64,000 bases of DNA from Desulfosoma sp. (GCA_037481835.1 JBBFKW010000004.1:142569-206568); one strand, 5' to 3'. Numbered from the stretch's first letter, positions 32,573 to 42,046 are shown. The notes: generated by a model not told the origin, from the sequence alone. Translations and numbers: made by a program.

Positions 32573-33712
32573 TTAGGCCCCCGCCTTGGCCCCGTTTTCC
32601 GCCGGAGCCCCCTCCAGCAGTTTTTTCAAGGGGACAATCTGGATTCCTTCTTTTTCGAAAGTCTCGGCTTCCTGCTCCAAAACCTTCAACGTGATCGGGT
32701 GGGGATGGCCGATGGCCACGGCCTCCCCTTCCACCTTGGCCCGCCGAATCAACTCTTGCACTTGACGCCGGACGAAGGGTTCCGTCGGCTCGTGGTCCAG
32801 GAAAATATCTCTTTTCCTACAGGGCATGCCCAGCTCTTGGGCCACCGACAGCCCGACGCTGTGGGCGCTCGTGTAGCTGTCCAGGTAGTAAAAACCCCGG
32901 TCTTTCAAGTGCCGCAAGACAACCTTCATGGCTTGGGGGTCTTCGGTGAATTTTGAGCCCATGTGGTTGTTGATCCCGCTGGCGTAAGGGTTTTCCTTCA
33001 AAGCTTTGTCGATTTCGCTGACGATCTGCTGGGGCGTCATGGCGACGAGCAAAGCCCCTCGACCCGGATCGGTCTTGGGGTATCCACGGGGTTCCATGGG
33101 CATGTGGAGCATCACTTCGTGGCCGTGGGCGGCGGCAAGAGCCGCCACCTCTTCCGTGTGGGGCAGATGGGGAAGCACGGAAAAGGTCATGGCCAACGGA
33201 AGATTGATGAATTTTCGGGCGATTCTCACGTCGTGACCGAAGTCGTCGATCACGAGGGCGACTCGGGCCACAGGAGGTTTTTCCGGGGGTACCGGCGGTA
33301 CCGGAGGCCCCGGAGGCACTTTAGGTACCGAAGCCACCACGGTGTTCCCTTTGGGCCTATCCTCGTCACGGGACCCTTCCTCAGGGGGTTCGGCGGCGGA
33401 ATGCTTCGAAGACGAAGGCTTTTGCAAAGGCGCCTGTCCTTCGGCAGGGCGGGGAACCGCCATGGAAGCCGTTTCCTTTGGTTTCAATCCTGAAGCCGAC
33501 GTTTTGAAAGGATTCCCTTTCGTCCAGTAAAGGAGCGTCACCAGCAAAAAGAGGACCACAATCCACACGGTGACGAGCGGCAGGAACACAGTGTCCTTGC
33601 GCTGCTTCTTGGGGGCTCCACCCGACCCGGCGGCGCTCCGGCGGGACCTTTGCGCCGATGCCCCTCGCACGGGCGCCCCCGCCGGACGCTTTTTCCCCTG
33701 CGTTGAAGCCAT
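32573..33712 (-). CDS. Divergent polysaccharide deacetylase family protein
   Basis: TM helix and Pro-rich linker, LVIDDFG, MLHMPMEP, NNHMGS, LDSYT, DIFLD, IGHP; follows ctpA. Confidence 0.9.
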   Translation of the reverse strand: MASTQGKKRPAGAPVRGASAQRSRRSAAGSGGAPKKQRKDTVFLPLVTVWIVVLFLLVTLLYWTKGNPFKTSASGLKPKETASMAVPRPAEGQAPLQKPSSSKHSAAEPPEEGSRDEDRPKGNTVVASVPKVPPGPPVPPVPPEKPPVARVALVIDDFGHDVRIARKFINLPLAMTFSVLPHLPHTEEVAALAAAHGHEVMLHMPMEPRGYPKTDPGRGALLVAMTPQQIVSEIDKALKENPYASGINNHMGSKFTEDPQAMKVVLRHLKDRGFYYLDSYTSAHSVGLSVAQELGMPCRKRDIFLDHEPTEPFVRRQVQELIRRAKVEGEAVAIGHPHPITLKVLEQEAETFEKEGIQIVPLKKLLEGAPAENGAKAGA

Positions 33713-33735
33713 AGGGACGGAAATCCTTCCTCCGG

Positions 33736-35058
33736 CTACTTGTAGCGCGTCTCCGCCATGATCCGATAGCTCTTGAGCAATTCCAGGGCGTGGCGCAGCT
33801 GATTGTCCGCATCAAGCCATTTTTCCGTATCCGACGGCTCCGCGACCGGCGCTGCCTTTTCTTCTTCCTCGGTTTTTCCCGGCGGGGCATCCATGTGCCG
33901 TGGCAAATCCTTTTCCCTCAAACGTCGCATGGCCTCTTCGCCGCCGTTTTCAGGGTTCGGCACAACGCGCTTGACCACGATGTCCGGCGTGATGCCCTTG
34001 GCCTGGATGGATCGGCCGCTCGGCGTATAATAGAGCGAGGTCGTCAAACGCACCGCCGATCCATCATTGAGCGGGATAACGGTTTGGACCGAGCCCTTTC
34101 CGAAAGTCGGCTCGCCCACGACCACCGCTCTTCGGTGGTCTTGGAGGGCCCCGGCGACGATTTCCGATGCACTGGCACTGCCGCCGTTGACCAAAACAAT
34201 GATGGGATAAGAATGGGGAGAAGCATTCTTGGTCGCTTCAAAGCGCATCTGCTGGTTTTCCCGACGTCCGCCGGTGTAGACGATGAGTCCTGAATCCAGG
34301 AATTCATCGGCGACGGCCACCGCCTGATCCAAGAGCCCGCCCGGGTTGTTGCGCAGGTCGAGAATCAAGCCTTGAAGGGGTTTGTCCTCCGCTTCCAGCT
34401 TTTCCAACACCTTGCGCAAATCCCGTCCCGTACCACTCTGGAAACTGGAAATGCGCACATACCCATAGCCCTTCTCCAAAGGACGGGTCCGCACACTCTG
34501 GATGGAAATGATGTCCCGGGTCAGTTCGAATTCCAGCGGCTTGCGCTGCCCCTCCCGCATAATGGTCAGTTTCACCTTGGTCCCCTTGGGCCCACGCATT
34601 TTTTGGACGGCCTCCATCAGGCTCATTTCCTGGGTGGGAGCCCCGTCGATCTTGACGATCTGGTCGTTGGCCTGAATGCCCGCCTTGTCCGCCGGGGTTC
34701 CCTCCAGCGGGGCCACCACCGTCAAGACCCCGTTGCGGATGGTGATTTCGATGCCAATCCCGCCGAACTTGCCCTTGGTCTCGATCTCCAACTCCTTGTA
34801 GTCTTCGGGGCGCAGAAAGGACGAGTGCGGATCCAGCTCGCGAAGCATCCCGCTGATGGCCCCGTAGATGAGCTTCTGGGAATCGACCTGCTCCACGTAG
34901 TGTTCCTGGACCAAGTTCATCACGTCACTGAACAGTTTGAGCTGCTCATAAACCCCTTTTTCGGCCCCCGTCGCCATGGCCCTCAACCCCATCCATCCGG
35001 CAAAGGCCACACACGCGGTCATGATCACCAAACGGGTTTTTCGGCTCCCTTTTCGCAT
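33736..35058 (-). CDS. ctpA: S41 family carboxyl-terminal processing protease
   Basis: LDPHS, PDZ GIGI, LDLRNNPGGLL, SASASEIVAGALQD, TFGKGSVQ. Confidence 0.95.
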   Translation of the reverse strand: MRKGSRKTRLVIMTACVAFAGWMGLRAMATGAEKGVYEQLKLFSDVMNLVQEHYVEQVDSQKLIYGAISGMLRELDPHSSFLRPEDYKELEIETKGKFGGIGIEITIRNGVLTVVAPLEGTPADKAGIQANDQIVKIDGAPTQEMSLMEAVQKMRGPKGTKVKLTIMREGQRKPLEFELTRDIISIQSVRTRPLEKGYGYVRISSFQSGTGRDLRKVLEKLEAEDKPLQGLILDLRNNPGGLLDQAVAVADEFLDSGLIVYTGGRRENQQMRFEATKNASPHSYPIIVLVNGGSASASEIVAGALQDHRRAVVVGEPTFGKGSVQTVIPLNDGSAVRLTTSLYYTPSGRSIQAKGITPDIVVKRVVPNPENGGEEAMRRLREKDLPRHMDAPPGKTEEEEKAAPVAEPSDTEKWLDADNQLRHALELLKSYRIMAETRYK

Positions 35059-35369
35059 CTTTCTTTCCTTTGAGTCTCAGGAAGTTGATCCACGCCACAC
35101 CTTACGAGGGCCTTGAAGAGCTGAGCCCAATTTCTTTTTTATTATAGAAAAAGCGGGGATCGGAAGAATGATTTTTTCACGACGATTATCCTTCTGATAT
35201 CGCTAAAAGAACCCGCTTCTCATAAGGGATTGCCCTTTGTGTGTCAAGCGGCTATAAAGGCGACCGGCATGCGTCGCGACCCGGCACGTGTGTCCGAGAC
35301 CGCGCCGAACTTTGGGCATTCGGCCGGCGAAGACTTGGCGGCGATCCGCGAGGGGAATGAGGAGGCGGT

Positions 35370-35933
35370 ATGGCCGAAATCAAGAGCACCTTGGACATCG
35401 TCCTGGAAAAGACCAAGCACCTCGTTCTCACTCCCGAAGAACGGCACGCCATGGAACGCCGAGAGCATCTGGAGAAGGTGCCCGGCATCGTGCAGAGGTT
35501 CTTGGACGACGCCTGGACCGTCGACCACATGGCGGAGGCCTGGCAGGCCATCCCCGAAGTTTTTCGAGAAGAGGCCCGCAGGGAGATCGTCCGGAAACTC
35601 CTGGACGCTTTGAGCCCCGAAGAAACCGGGGGAAAGATCGCCACCGCCCTGAAGGCCTTCGCCGCGCCCGCCGACATCCCTTATCTCGAACGTTTGGGCC
35701 GTCTCGTCACGCCCGGTCCCCAATCCCAGTCTTCCTGGGAAGGGCGGCGGCAGCGCCTTCTGGACAAACTTGCCGAAAGAGGCATCGGCGGGGACGCCGT
35801 TCATGTGACGCCCGACGTGGATCCCCTCTGGCATGAAACCCGCCAAAGCTTGGCCCGGGACATCGCCGCGTTGAAAGCCGAGTGGCTCACGGCCCTGGCC
35901 GCAGAAAACCCGGCGCGCCCTCACGGGCGCTAG
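35370..35933 (+). CDS. Conserved hypothetical protein
   Basis: GGAGG RBS; MAEIKSTLDIVLEKTK start, helical composition, fills the gap between known genes. Confidence 0.7.
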   Translation: MAEIKSTLDIVLEKTKHLVLTPEERHAMERREHLEKVPGIVQRFLDDAWTVDHMAEAWQAIPEVFREEARREIVRKLLDALSPEETGGKIATALKAFAAPADIPYLERLGRLVTPGPQSQSSWEGRRQRLLDKLAERGIGGDAVHVTPDVDPLWHETRQSLARDIAALKAEWLTALAAENPARPHGR

Positions 35934-35956
35934 ACGGCGCAAAGTATCCTGTCTTC

Positions 35957-36625
35957 TCAAACCTGAGGCCCGAAGAAATACTGGCGGATCAGGTAAAAAT
36001 TCTCCTTTACCGCACCCCGGCCTTCCAGCATGGGGCCGTGGCCCGGGCACAGCAGCCTGACATCCAGGCCCATGAGCTTTTCAAGGCTTCGAGCCAGGAG
36101 GGCGGCGTTGCCGCCCGGAAGGTCCACACGGCCCACGCTCTGGACGAAAACCACGTCTCCGGAAAAAAGCACCCCTTCCTTTTCCCAGTAGAAACACACC
36201 GATCCCGGAGCGTGCCCCGGCGTTTCCAGCACGCGGAAAACCTCCGGCCCCAATGTCAACCGGCCTTCCTTCACGAAAAAATCCACGGGGAACTCGGGCA
36301 TTTTTCGACCGGTCACATGTTCCCATTGCGCGCTGAAGCTCTTGATGAACGTCTGAGCCTCCTCGTGCATGGCGATGAGCGCCCCCAGTTCCTTGAGTCT
36401 CAGCAACCCTTCGCAATGGTCCGGGTGAGGATGGGTCGATAAAGCCAGTTGCACGTCTTCCAGGGTGAAACCGTCTTGCGCCATCCGCGCTTCCAGATGA
36501 TGGAGCAGATGGGCGTGGCCGGGATCGATGAGAGTCTTGACGGGACCGTCGATAAAGTAGCTGTTGCAGTTGTTTTCCGTGTAGCTTTCCCAAGGGTAGA
36601 CGTAAAGTCCTTCAGGTAGAGACAT
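35957..36625 (-). CDS. MBL-fold metallo-hydrolase
   Basis: LIDPG, THPHPDH, TPGHAPG, FSGD, PGHG. Confidence 0.9.
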   Translation of the reverse strand: MSLPEGLYVYPWESYTENNCNSYFIDGPVKTLIDPGHAHLLHHLEARMAQDGFTLEDVQLALSTHPHPDHCEGLLRLKELGALIAMHEEAQTFIKSFSAQWEHVTGRKMPEFPVDFFVKEGRLTLGPEVFRVLETPGHAPGSVCFYWEKEGVLFSGDVVFVQSVGRVDLPGGNAALLARSLEKLMGLDVRLLCPGHGPMLEGRGAVKENFYLIRQYFFGPQV

Positions 36626-36700
36626 CGTTGTGCGAACCTCCGGGTTTTTCTTCACGGGTGCCCATATCGGACCGCGGGGGTTTTTAGCGAATCGGCGCTC

Positions 36701-37621
36701 TTACAGTCCCGAGGCATGCCGGCTTTCCTCATGGCCCGGAAACCGTCCCGGCATGGGATGCCATCGGAAGGCATCACGCAAACACACGCGGATGTTGCTG
36801 TAAATGCCTCTCCGGCTGTTGATGAGATAAAGGCGATGGTTGACGTGAAACAACTCGTGAACCAGCCGATTCACCTCTATGCTTTCTTCCTTCCCCGATT
36901 CGGCCAGAGCCTCTTGGAAAAGGAGGGCGATTTTGTCACGCATGCGCAGTTCCGTATCCACCAAGAAGACAGCCACATCCGGCTGCACCTCCCCGAGCCG
37001 GTTCAAGAAAGCCTTGACGGCGGGCATCTCCACACCCCTAGGGGGCGAGGATTTCACTTCCACGACCACAAGGCGGTGATTCACGAGAGCGATCACGTCG
37101 TAGTCGCCCCCATGCCGGGTGCGATCGAGCCGAACGTTGAAAATGGCAGGAGCCAGGAATTCACGCTGAAAGATCTGCCACACGAACCATTCCAGCGTGG
37201 GGCCGAAACTGGGCACGGGCCCGCGGACCCACTGCCAGCGCCCCTGGGCCTCCAGGGATATGACGCCAATGTGCTCAAGTTCCCTGAGATAGCTTCTCAC
37301 GGTCTTCAGGGAACAGTACCTGGTGAGGGATTCCAGGGAAGGCGCTCCCGAGCTGTGGATCAAATCCCGCACGAACAATCGAAAGGAATACCGCCGCAGC
37401 AGCTCGTAGAGGCGATCTGCGGCCCACTGGGGCGCCTCGGGCGGCAGCATGACGTGCGTCATGTCTCCGTGAGTCGCCACGGGGAAGCCCCTTTGGCTCA
37501 AGGCGCTCTCCACGGGATGGGCCCAAGCCCCTTGCGAGGCCTTGAGCGCCCACAGCTCCTGCTGCAAGCGGTCGAGCCGTTCCGAAAGCCGGCGAATGGC
37601 CTCCCACTCCTTATCCCCCAT
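36701..37621 (-). CDS. wHTH plus PD-(D/E)XK nuclease-like protein
   Basis: LESLTRYCSLKTVRSYLRELEHIGVI (wHTH-like); FGPTLEWF...DYDVIAL...VVEVKS; TGATG overlap with the upstream gene. Confidence 0.65.
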   Translation of the reverse strand: MGDKEWEAIRRLSERLDRLQQELWALKASQGAWAHPVESALSQRGFPVATHGDMTHVMLPPEAPQWAADRLYELLRRYSFRLFVRDLIHSSGAPSLESLTRYCSLKTVRSYLRELEHIGVISLEAQGRWQWVRGPVPSFGPTLEWFVWQIFQREFLAPAIFNVRLDRTRHGGDYDVIALVNHRLVVVEVKSSPPRGVEMPAVKAFLNRLGEVQPDVAVFLVDTELRMRDKIALLFQEALAESGKEESIEVNRLVHELFHVNHRLYLINSRRGIYSNIRVCLRDAFRWHPMPGRFPGHEESRHASGL

Positions 37622-39552
37622 CAGGACGAGACCTCGGTCAGGCAAATGTCCACGGGTTTGTCGAAATGGACCCGGATTTCGTAGAAGCCTTCCATGAAGG
37701 AACTATCCACAAGATAGCCCAGTTTCTGGAATACACCGAAGACTCTTTCGTTCCCCGGGCGGATGTAGGCCCGAAATTGGCGGATGCCGTTCTTTATGGC
37801 GATTTCGGCGAGATACTGGATCATAAAGGAGGCGATGCCGCGTCGGCCGTAGTCGGGATGGACCGCAAAATCCACTTCCGCTCCAACGGATTCTTCGTCG
37901 GCGATAAAACGCCCAACGGCGACGACCCGCTCCTCGTCGATATCCCCCACCAATCCCAGCAGGGTCATTTCCTTTTCGTAATCGATATTCACCAATCGGT
38001 TCACGTCCACTTGGGGATATACTTTCATGGTGGACAAAAACCGGATGTAAGCCTCGTCTTTCGGCAGCGCATAGAAAAACTCCCTGAGAAACCGCTCGTC
38101 GGTGGGCTTGGCGGGCCGGAAAAAAACTTCCGTCTCATCGTCGAAAACCTGAGTGACCTCCAGCTCCTCAGGATAAATGGCCTTGGCGGCTCTGATGGCG
38201 AACTGCTCCTTTTTCAGCAACTGGATCCGGTACGCATGACGGGTGAGCTCCTCGCGAAACTCGGGATGGGCGATGCCGATGAGGGCCTGGGCCCTTTCCC
38301 GAAGGCTCTTGCCCTGAAGTTGGGCGATGCCGTATTCCGTCACCACGTACTGGACACCCCCCCGCGTGGTCACCACGCCGCCGCCGGGCGTCAGCGTGGG
38401 GACGATGCGCGAACGCCCGTCTTCCGTCAAGGACGGCAGGACCGTGATCGTTTTGCCCCCTTTGGAATTGCGGGCGCCTCGCAGAAAATCCACAGCCCCT
38501 CCCACACCGCTGTAGATTTGGTAACCCATGGAATCGGAACACACCTGGCCGGTGAGATCGATCTCCAAAGCGGAATTGACGGTGACCATCTTGTCGTTTT
38601 GAGAAATGACCAGATAGTTGTTCGTGTATTCTACCGGGAAAAGGGCCACCATGGGATTGTTGTGGACGAAATCGTAGAGTGCCCGCGTGCCGATGCAGAA
38701 ACTGGCGACGATCTTTCCTGGATGGAGCGTCTTTTTCGCGTTGGTGATCACCCCCTGTTCCACGAGGTGAAGATAGGGGTCGGTCAGCATGTCCGTATGG
38801 ACGCCGATGTCTTTTTTTTCTTCCAAGGCGTAGAGAACGGCGCTGGGAATGGATCCCACGCCGACCCGGATGGTGGACCCGTCCTCGATGAGCTTGGCCG
38901 CTTGGGCGCCGATGGCCGAAGCGACGGGGCCCACCGGGGTCGGTGGCATTTCCAACAAGGGCTCGTCCCAGGCGATGATGGTGTCCAATTCGTCGATGTG
39001 AATAAAGGAATCCCCAAGGGTTCGAGGCATGTGGCTGTTGATTTGGGCAATGACCGTTTTGGCGCTTTCTGCGGCCGCCTTGACGATATCCACGGAAATG
39101 CCGAGAGAGCAGAATCCGTGGTCATCGGGCGGTGAAACCTGGATCAGGGCCACGTCAATAGGTAGAGCGCCGCTTCGAAAAAGTCCGGGAACATCCCCCA
39201 GGTTAATGGGCGTGTAATCGGCCCGGCCTTCGGCTACCGCCTTGCGGGACGCCGCCGCCACGAAGAAGGATTTCAAGCGGCACTTGTCATGGTAGCTTTC
39301 CTCCAGGAAGGTGTGCGTCCCGAGGCTCAAAATGTGAAGGATTTCAATATCTGCCAGCTTGGGTAGCGTCTCTTCCAAAGCGCGCACCAGATGCTGGGGT
39401 TCCCCGCACCCCGACCCGATGAAGACTCTCTGGCCCCGCTTCAGCGCCTTGAAAGCACGGCGGGTGTCCGTAAGCTTCTTTTCGAACCGTTCCCGCCATG
39501 CATCCACGGCAGGTGGCCCCGTTTCCCGGGAACTGTTTCGGGTTTCGCTCAT
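37621..39552 (-). CDS. Acetyl-CoA hydrolase/CoA-transferase fused to a C-terminal GNAT domain
   Basis: GSGCGEP, QVSPPDDHG, NSALEIDLTGQV, SGVGGAVDF, YVVTEYG, IAHPEFR, then GNAT (AEVDFAV..YGRRGIA); ATGA overlap with lgt. Confidence 0.9.
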   Translation of the reverse strand: MSETRNSSRETGPPAVDAWRERFEKKLTDTRRAFKALKRGQRVFIGSGCGEPQHLVRALEETLPKLADIEILHILSLGTHTFLEESYHDKCRLKSFFVAAASRKAVAEGRADYTPINLGDVPGLFRSGALPIDVALIQVSPPDDHGFCSLGISVDIVKAAAESAKTVIAQINSHMPRTLGDSFIHIDELDTIIAWDEPLLEMPPTPVGPVASAIGAQAAKLIEDGSTIRVGVGSIPSAVLYALEEKKDIGVHTDMLTDPYLHLVEQGVITNAKKTLHPGKIVASFCIGTRALYDFVHNNPMVALFPVEYTNNYLVISQNDKMVTVNSALEIDLTGQVCSDSMGYQIYSGVGGAVDFLRGARNSKGGKTITVLPSLTEDGRSRIVPTLTPGGGVVTTRGGVQYVVTEYGIAQLQGKSLRERAQALIGIAHPEFREELTRHAYRIQLLKKEQFAIRAAKAIYPEELEVTQVFDDETEVFFRPAKPTDERFLREFFYALPKDEAYIRFLSTMKVYPQVDVNRLVNIDYEKEMTLLGLVGDIDEERVVAVGRFIADEESVGAEVDFAVHPDYGRRGIASFMIQYLAEIAIKNGIRQFRAYIRPGNERVFGVFQKLGYLVDSSFMEGFYEIRVHFDKPVDICLTEVSS

Positions 39553-40367
39553 GCGCTCCGTTTCCTCATGTTTTCCGACGGCGCACGGTTTTGGCGTCGC
39601 CAAAGATAAAGGATCGCCGCCGCGGCCATCATGGCCGCGCACAGCACCTGTCCCATGGTCCAATGCCCCCAAAGAAACCCTAGGTTTTCGTCGGGCTCTC
39701 GAAAGAACTCGAGGAAAAACCGGATGAAGCCGTAAAAGAAAAGGAAAGCCGTGGCGATCACTCCATGCGGGAGCTCCTTTCTCGATAGAACCCACAGGAT
39801 GGCGAAAAGAAGAGCCCCTTCGCCAAAAGCTTCATAGATCTGGGACGGGTGCCGTGGCACCGGGCCGCCGTCGGGAAAGACCATGGCCCAGGGCACATCG
39901 CTGGGCCTGCCGAAAAGTTCCCCGTTGATGAAATTGCCGATCCGTCCCAGGCCCAATCCGATGGGCGCCGTCACGGCCACGCAGTCCGCTGTGCCCCAAA
40001 ACGGCAGGCGGGAGCGCCGGCAAAAGAGCCATCCCGCACACAAAGCCCCGAGAAATCCCCCGTGAAACGACATGCCTCCATGCCACGTGGCAATGATCTC
40101 CAGGGGATGGCTCCAGTAGTATGCCCAGTTGTCATACTGATAGAAAAGGAGAAACCCCAGGCGCGCCCCAACGACCAAGCCCACGGCCAGATAGAGGATC
40201 ATGTCCTGCATTCGCTCGGAAGTGAGGCCGATCTCCTTGGCCTTTGGAAGCCTGGGGGCGATAAAATAGGTGGCGAGAAATCCGAGGACGTACATCAGGC
40301 CGTACCATCGAATGCGGATCGGCCCGACGGCGATGATTTCCGGTCGAATCTCAGGATAAGGAATCAT
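39549..40367 (-). CDS. lgt: Prolipoprotein diacylglyceryl transferase
   Basis: RWYGLMY, GARL, GGMSFHGG, GRIGNFINGELFGR, HPSQIYE, EFFREPD. Confidence 0.97.
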   Translation of the reverse strand: MIPYPEIRPEIIAVGPIRIRWYGLMYVLGFLATYFIAPRLPKAKEIGLTSERMQDMILYLAVGLVVGARLGFLLFYQYDNWAYYWSHPLEIIATWHGGMSFHGGFLGALCAGWLFCRRSRLPFWGTADCVAVTAPIGLGLGRIGNFINGELFGRPSDVPWAMVFPDGGPVPRHPSQIYEAFGEGALLFAILWVLSRKELPHGVIATAFLFFYGFIRFFLEFFREPDENLGFLWGHWTMGQVLCAAMMAAAAILYLWRRQNRAPSENMRKRSA

Positions 40368-40489
40368 GCGGTTTCAACCTCCCGTTCAGGCGCATATAAA
40401 CACACGCACGCCGAAACCGTCAACGCCGCCGGGAATCCGTTCCCCCGAAGGCCAACCGTCAGCATTCTCGGAAGACCGGCGGGAGATGG

Positions 40490-40670
40490 CTCATGAGCAT
40501 CGACCGCGTAGAAGACATCGTTCGGAGGCTCCTTTCCAGCGAGGCGGCGATCGAGCGATGGGCTTCCAGGCTCATGTCCTGGGCCTCGTCCACGACCCCC
40601 AGCTGGGAAAACAGGACGTCCCCGTTGCTTTGCAGGACAAAGCGCACCCCCGCAAGATCTCTTCGCGTTC
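40490..40670 (-). pseudogene. Decayed fragment of a UvrD/SF1 helicase-like gene
   Basis: VVDEAQDMSLEA (motif II, VVDEAQDM at 40596-40573), then NDVFYAVDAHE in a shifted frame (40522-40490), resembling motif III NDLFxVGDxHQ. Confidence 0.6.
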
Positions 40671-40869
40671 CTTCAGGCTGTGTTCCTGCGGCTGAACGCA
40701 CTATTCCTCCAACACAGGCCAGACGGCGGCATGCTCAAGCCGATTCAGATGGCCGATGCAAAGGGGTTCAGCCTGAGGCTGCAGGCATCAGAGCCGGCTT
40801 TCCCGAGCACGGCCTGGGAAGGCCCCACGGCGTCCACCGTCCATGAGTGCCGCCTGAAAGGGGAGGCGA

Positions 40870-40900
40870 TTGACCTTGATGCCATGATGCGATAGCATCA
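40870..40900 (+). promoter_or_regulatory. vapBC promoter and autoregulatory operator
   Basis: TTGACC-N17-TAGCAT overlapped by TGATGC (40877, 40885) and inverted GCATCA (40895). Confidence 0.7.
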
Positions 40901-40980
40901 CAACGTAAAGACGGAAACCGGCGCCCGGGTTGCGGGCCGATAAAGGATGAGACGCTGCCATTCCAAAGGAGGCGATCGCC

Positions 40981-41226
40981 ATGCGCACCACACTGGATAT
41001 TGACGACGATGTATTGGCGGCGGTCAAGGAATTGGCCCGTCGGGAACGCGCGGCCGTGGGACGGGTCCTTTCCAGATTGGCACGCCAGGCTCTGATCGGA
41101 GAAACGGCCGGAGCCCGGACCGATGATGCCCAGGAGGTCGTGGCCGGCTTCCGACCCTTTCCCCCCCGGGGCGTTGTCGTCACCAATGAGCTCATCGATC
41201 AGCTTCGAGACCGGGAAGGGCTGTAA
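40981..41226 (+). CDS. vapB: CopG/RHH-type antitoxin (VapB-like)
   Basis: MRTTLDIDDDVLAAVKELARRE...VVTNELIDQLRD; TAATG coupling to a PIN toxin. Confidence 0.88.
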   Translation: MRTTLDIDDDVLAAVKELARRERAAVGRVLSRLARQALIGETAGARTDDAQEVVAGFRPFPPRGVVVTNELIDQLRDREGL

Positions 41227-41657
41227 TGCGTTCTCTGCTGGATGTGAACGTGCTGATCGCCCTCCTGGATGCCGCCCATGTCCACCATCGGCGTGCCGTT
41301 TCTTGGCTTCAGCAGGAAGTCCGCCACGGCTGGGCATCCTGCCCGATCACCCAGAATGGGTGCATCCGAATCATGTCCCATCCCGCCTATCCCAATCCCC
41401 TGCCTGCCGCGCAAGTGGTGCGCCGGCTTCGGGAAGCCTCGGAAAATCCGGCCCATGAATTTTGGCCGGATGACATCAATCTCTTGAGTTCTCCTGTTTT
41501 CGACTGGTCGAGGCTCTTCAGTCATCGCCAGATCACCGATACGTATCTTCTGGCCATGGCAGTCCGCCACAAAGGCAGACTGGTCACGTTTGACCAATGT
41601 ATTGCGCACGACGCCGTGAAAGGGGCGCGAGAGAGGAATCTCGTGGTCTTAAGGTAA
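41226..41657 (+). CDS. vapC: PIN-domain ribonuclease toxin (VapC-like)
   Basis: LLDVNVLIALLD..HVHH, CPITQNG, QITDTYLLA, LVTFD. Confidence 0.9.
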   Translation: MRSLLDVNVLIALLDAAHVHHRRAVSWLQQEVRHGWASCPITQNGCIRIMSHPAYPNPLPAAQVVRRLREASENPAHEFWPDDINLLSSPVFDWSRLFSHRQITDTYLLAMAVRHKGRLVTFDQCIAHDAVKGARERNLVVLR

Positions 41658-41742
41658 TGGGTTCCCGACAAGTCGGACATCGGACAAAAGGTATCACTTC
41701 GCGCGACAATATAACGGAAAGATCTTCGAAGTTGCAGAGATC

Positions 41743-41790
41743 AAGCTTCCTCTCATTGCCTGAACGGGAGCCAATCCAGAACCAGATCAA
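41743..41790 (-). pseudogene. Possible remnant of a RelE/ParE-like toxin C-terminus
   Basis: LIWFWIGSRSGNERKL resembles the WFWIGsHxxY(D/E) tail of small RelE/ParE-like toxins; locally lower GC. Confidence 0.35.
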
Positions 41791-42017
41791 AGGTCTTTCG
41801 AAAATCATAAAGTGCCTTCAAGGGGAACCGCCTCGCCTGCTTTGTCTTCCGCGACGGCCCCATCGGGCGTCGCCATGCCGTTTCCCGGCAGCCCGTTGGA
41901 AGACAGCCCCAAGTGTTTGATCATCCATGGCGGACCGGGATGCCGCCGTCCCGGCAAAAATCCGCAAAACTCATGGCACAAACGCCCCTGCCCAATATCC
42001 GCCATGGGCTCCATGCG

Positions 42018-42046
42018 TTGACACTGCGGGGGCCCTATGGCATAGT
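42018..42046 (+). promoter_or_regulatory. Putative sigma-70 promoter for the aldehyde dehydrogenase-mob operon
   Basis: TTGACA-N17-CATAGT with a TGn extension. Confidence 0.55.

Noticed and set aside
41970..41992. TGGCAC as a possible sigma-54 promoter
   Set aside because: There is no TGC at the required -12 spacing.
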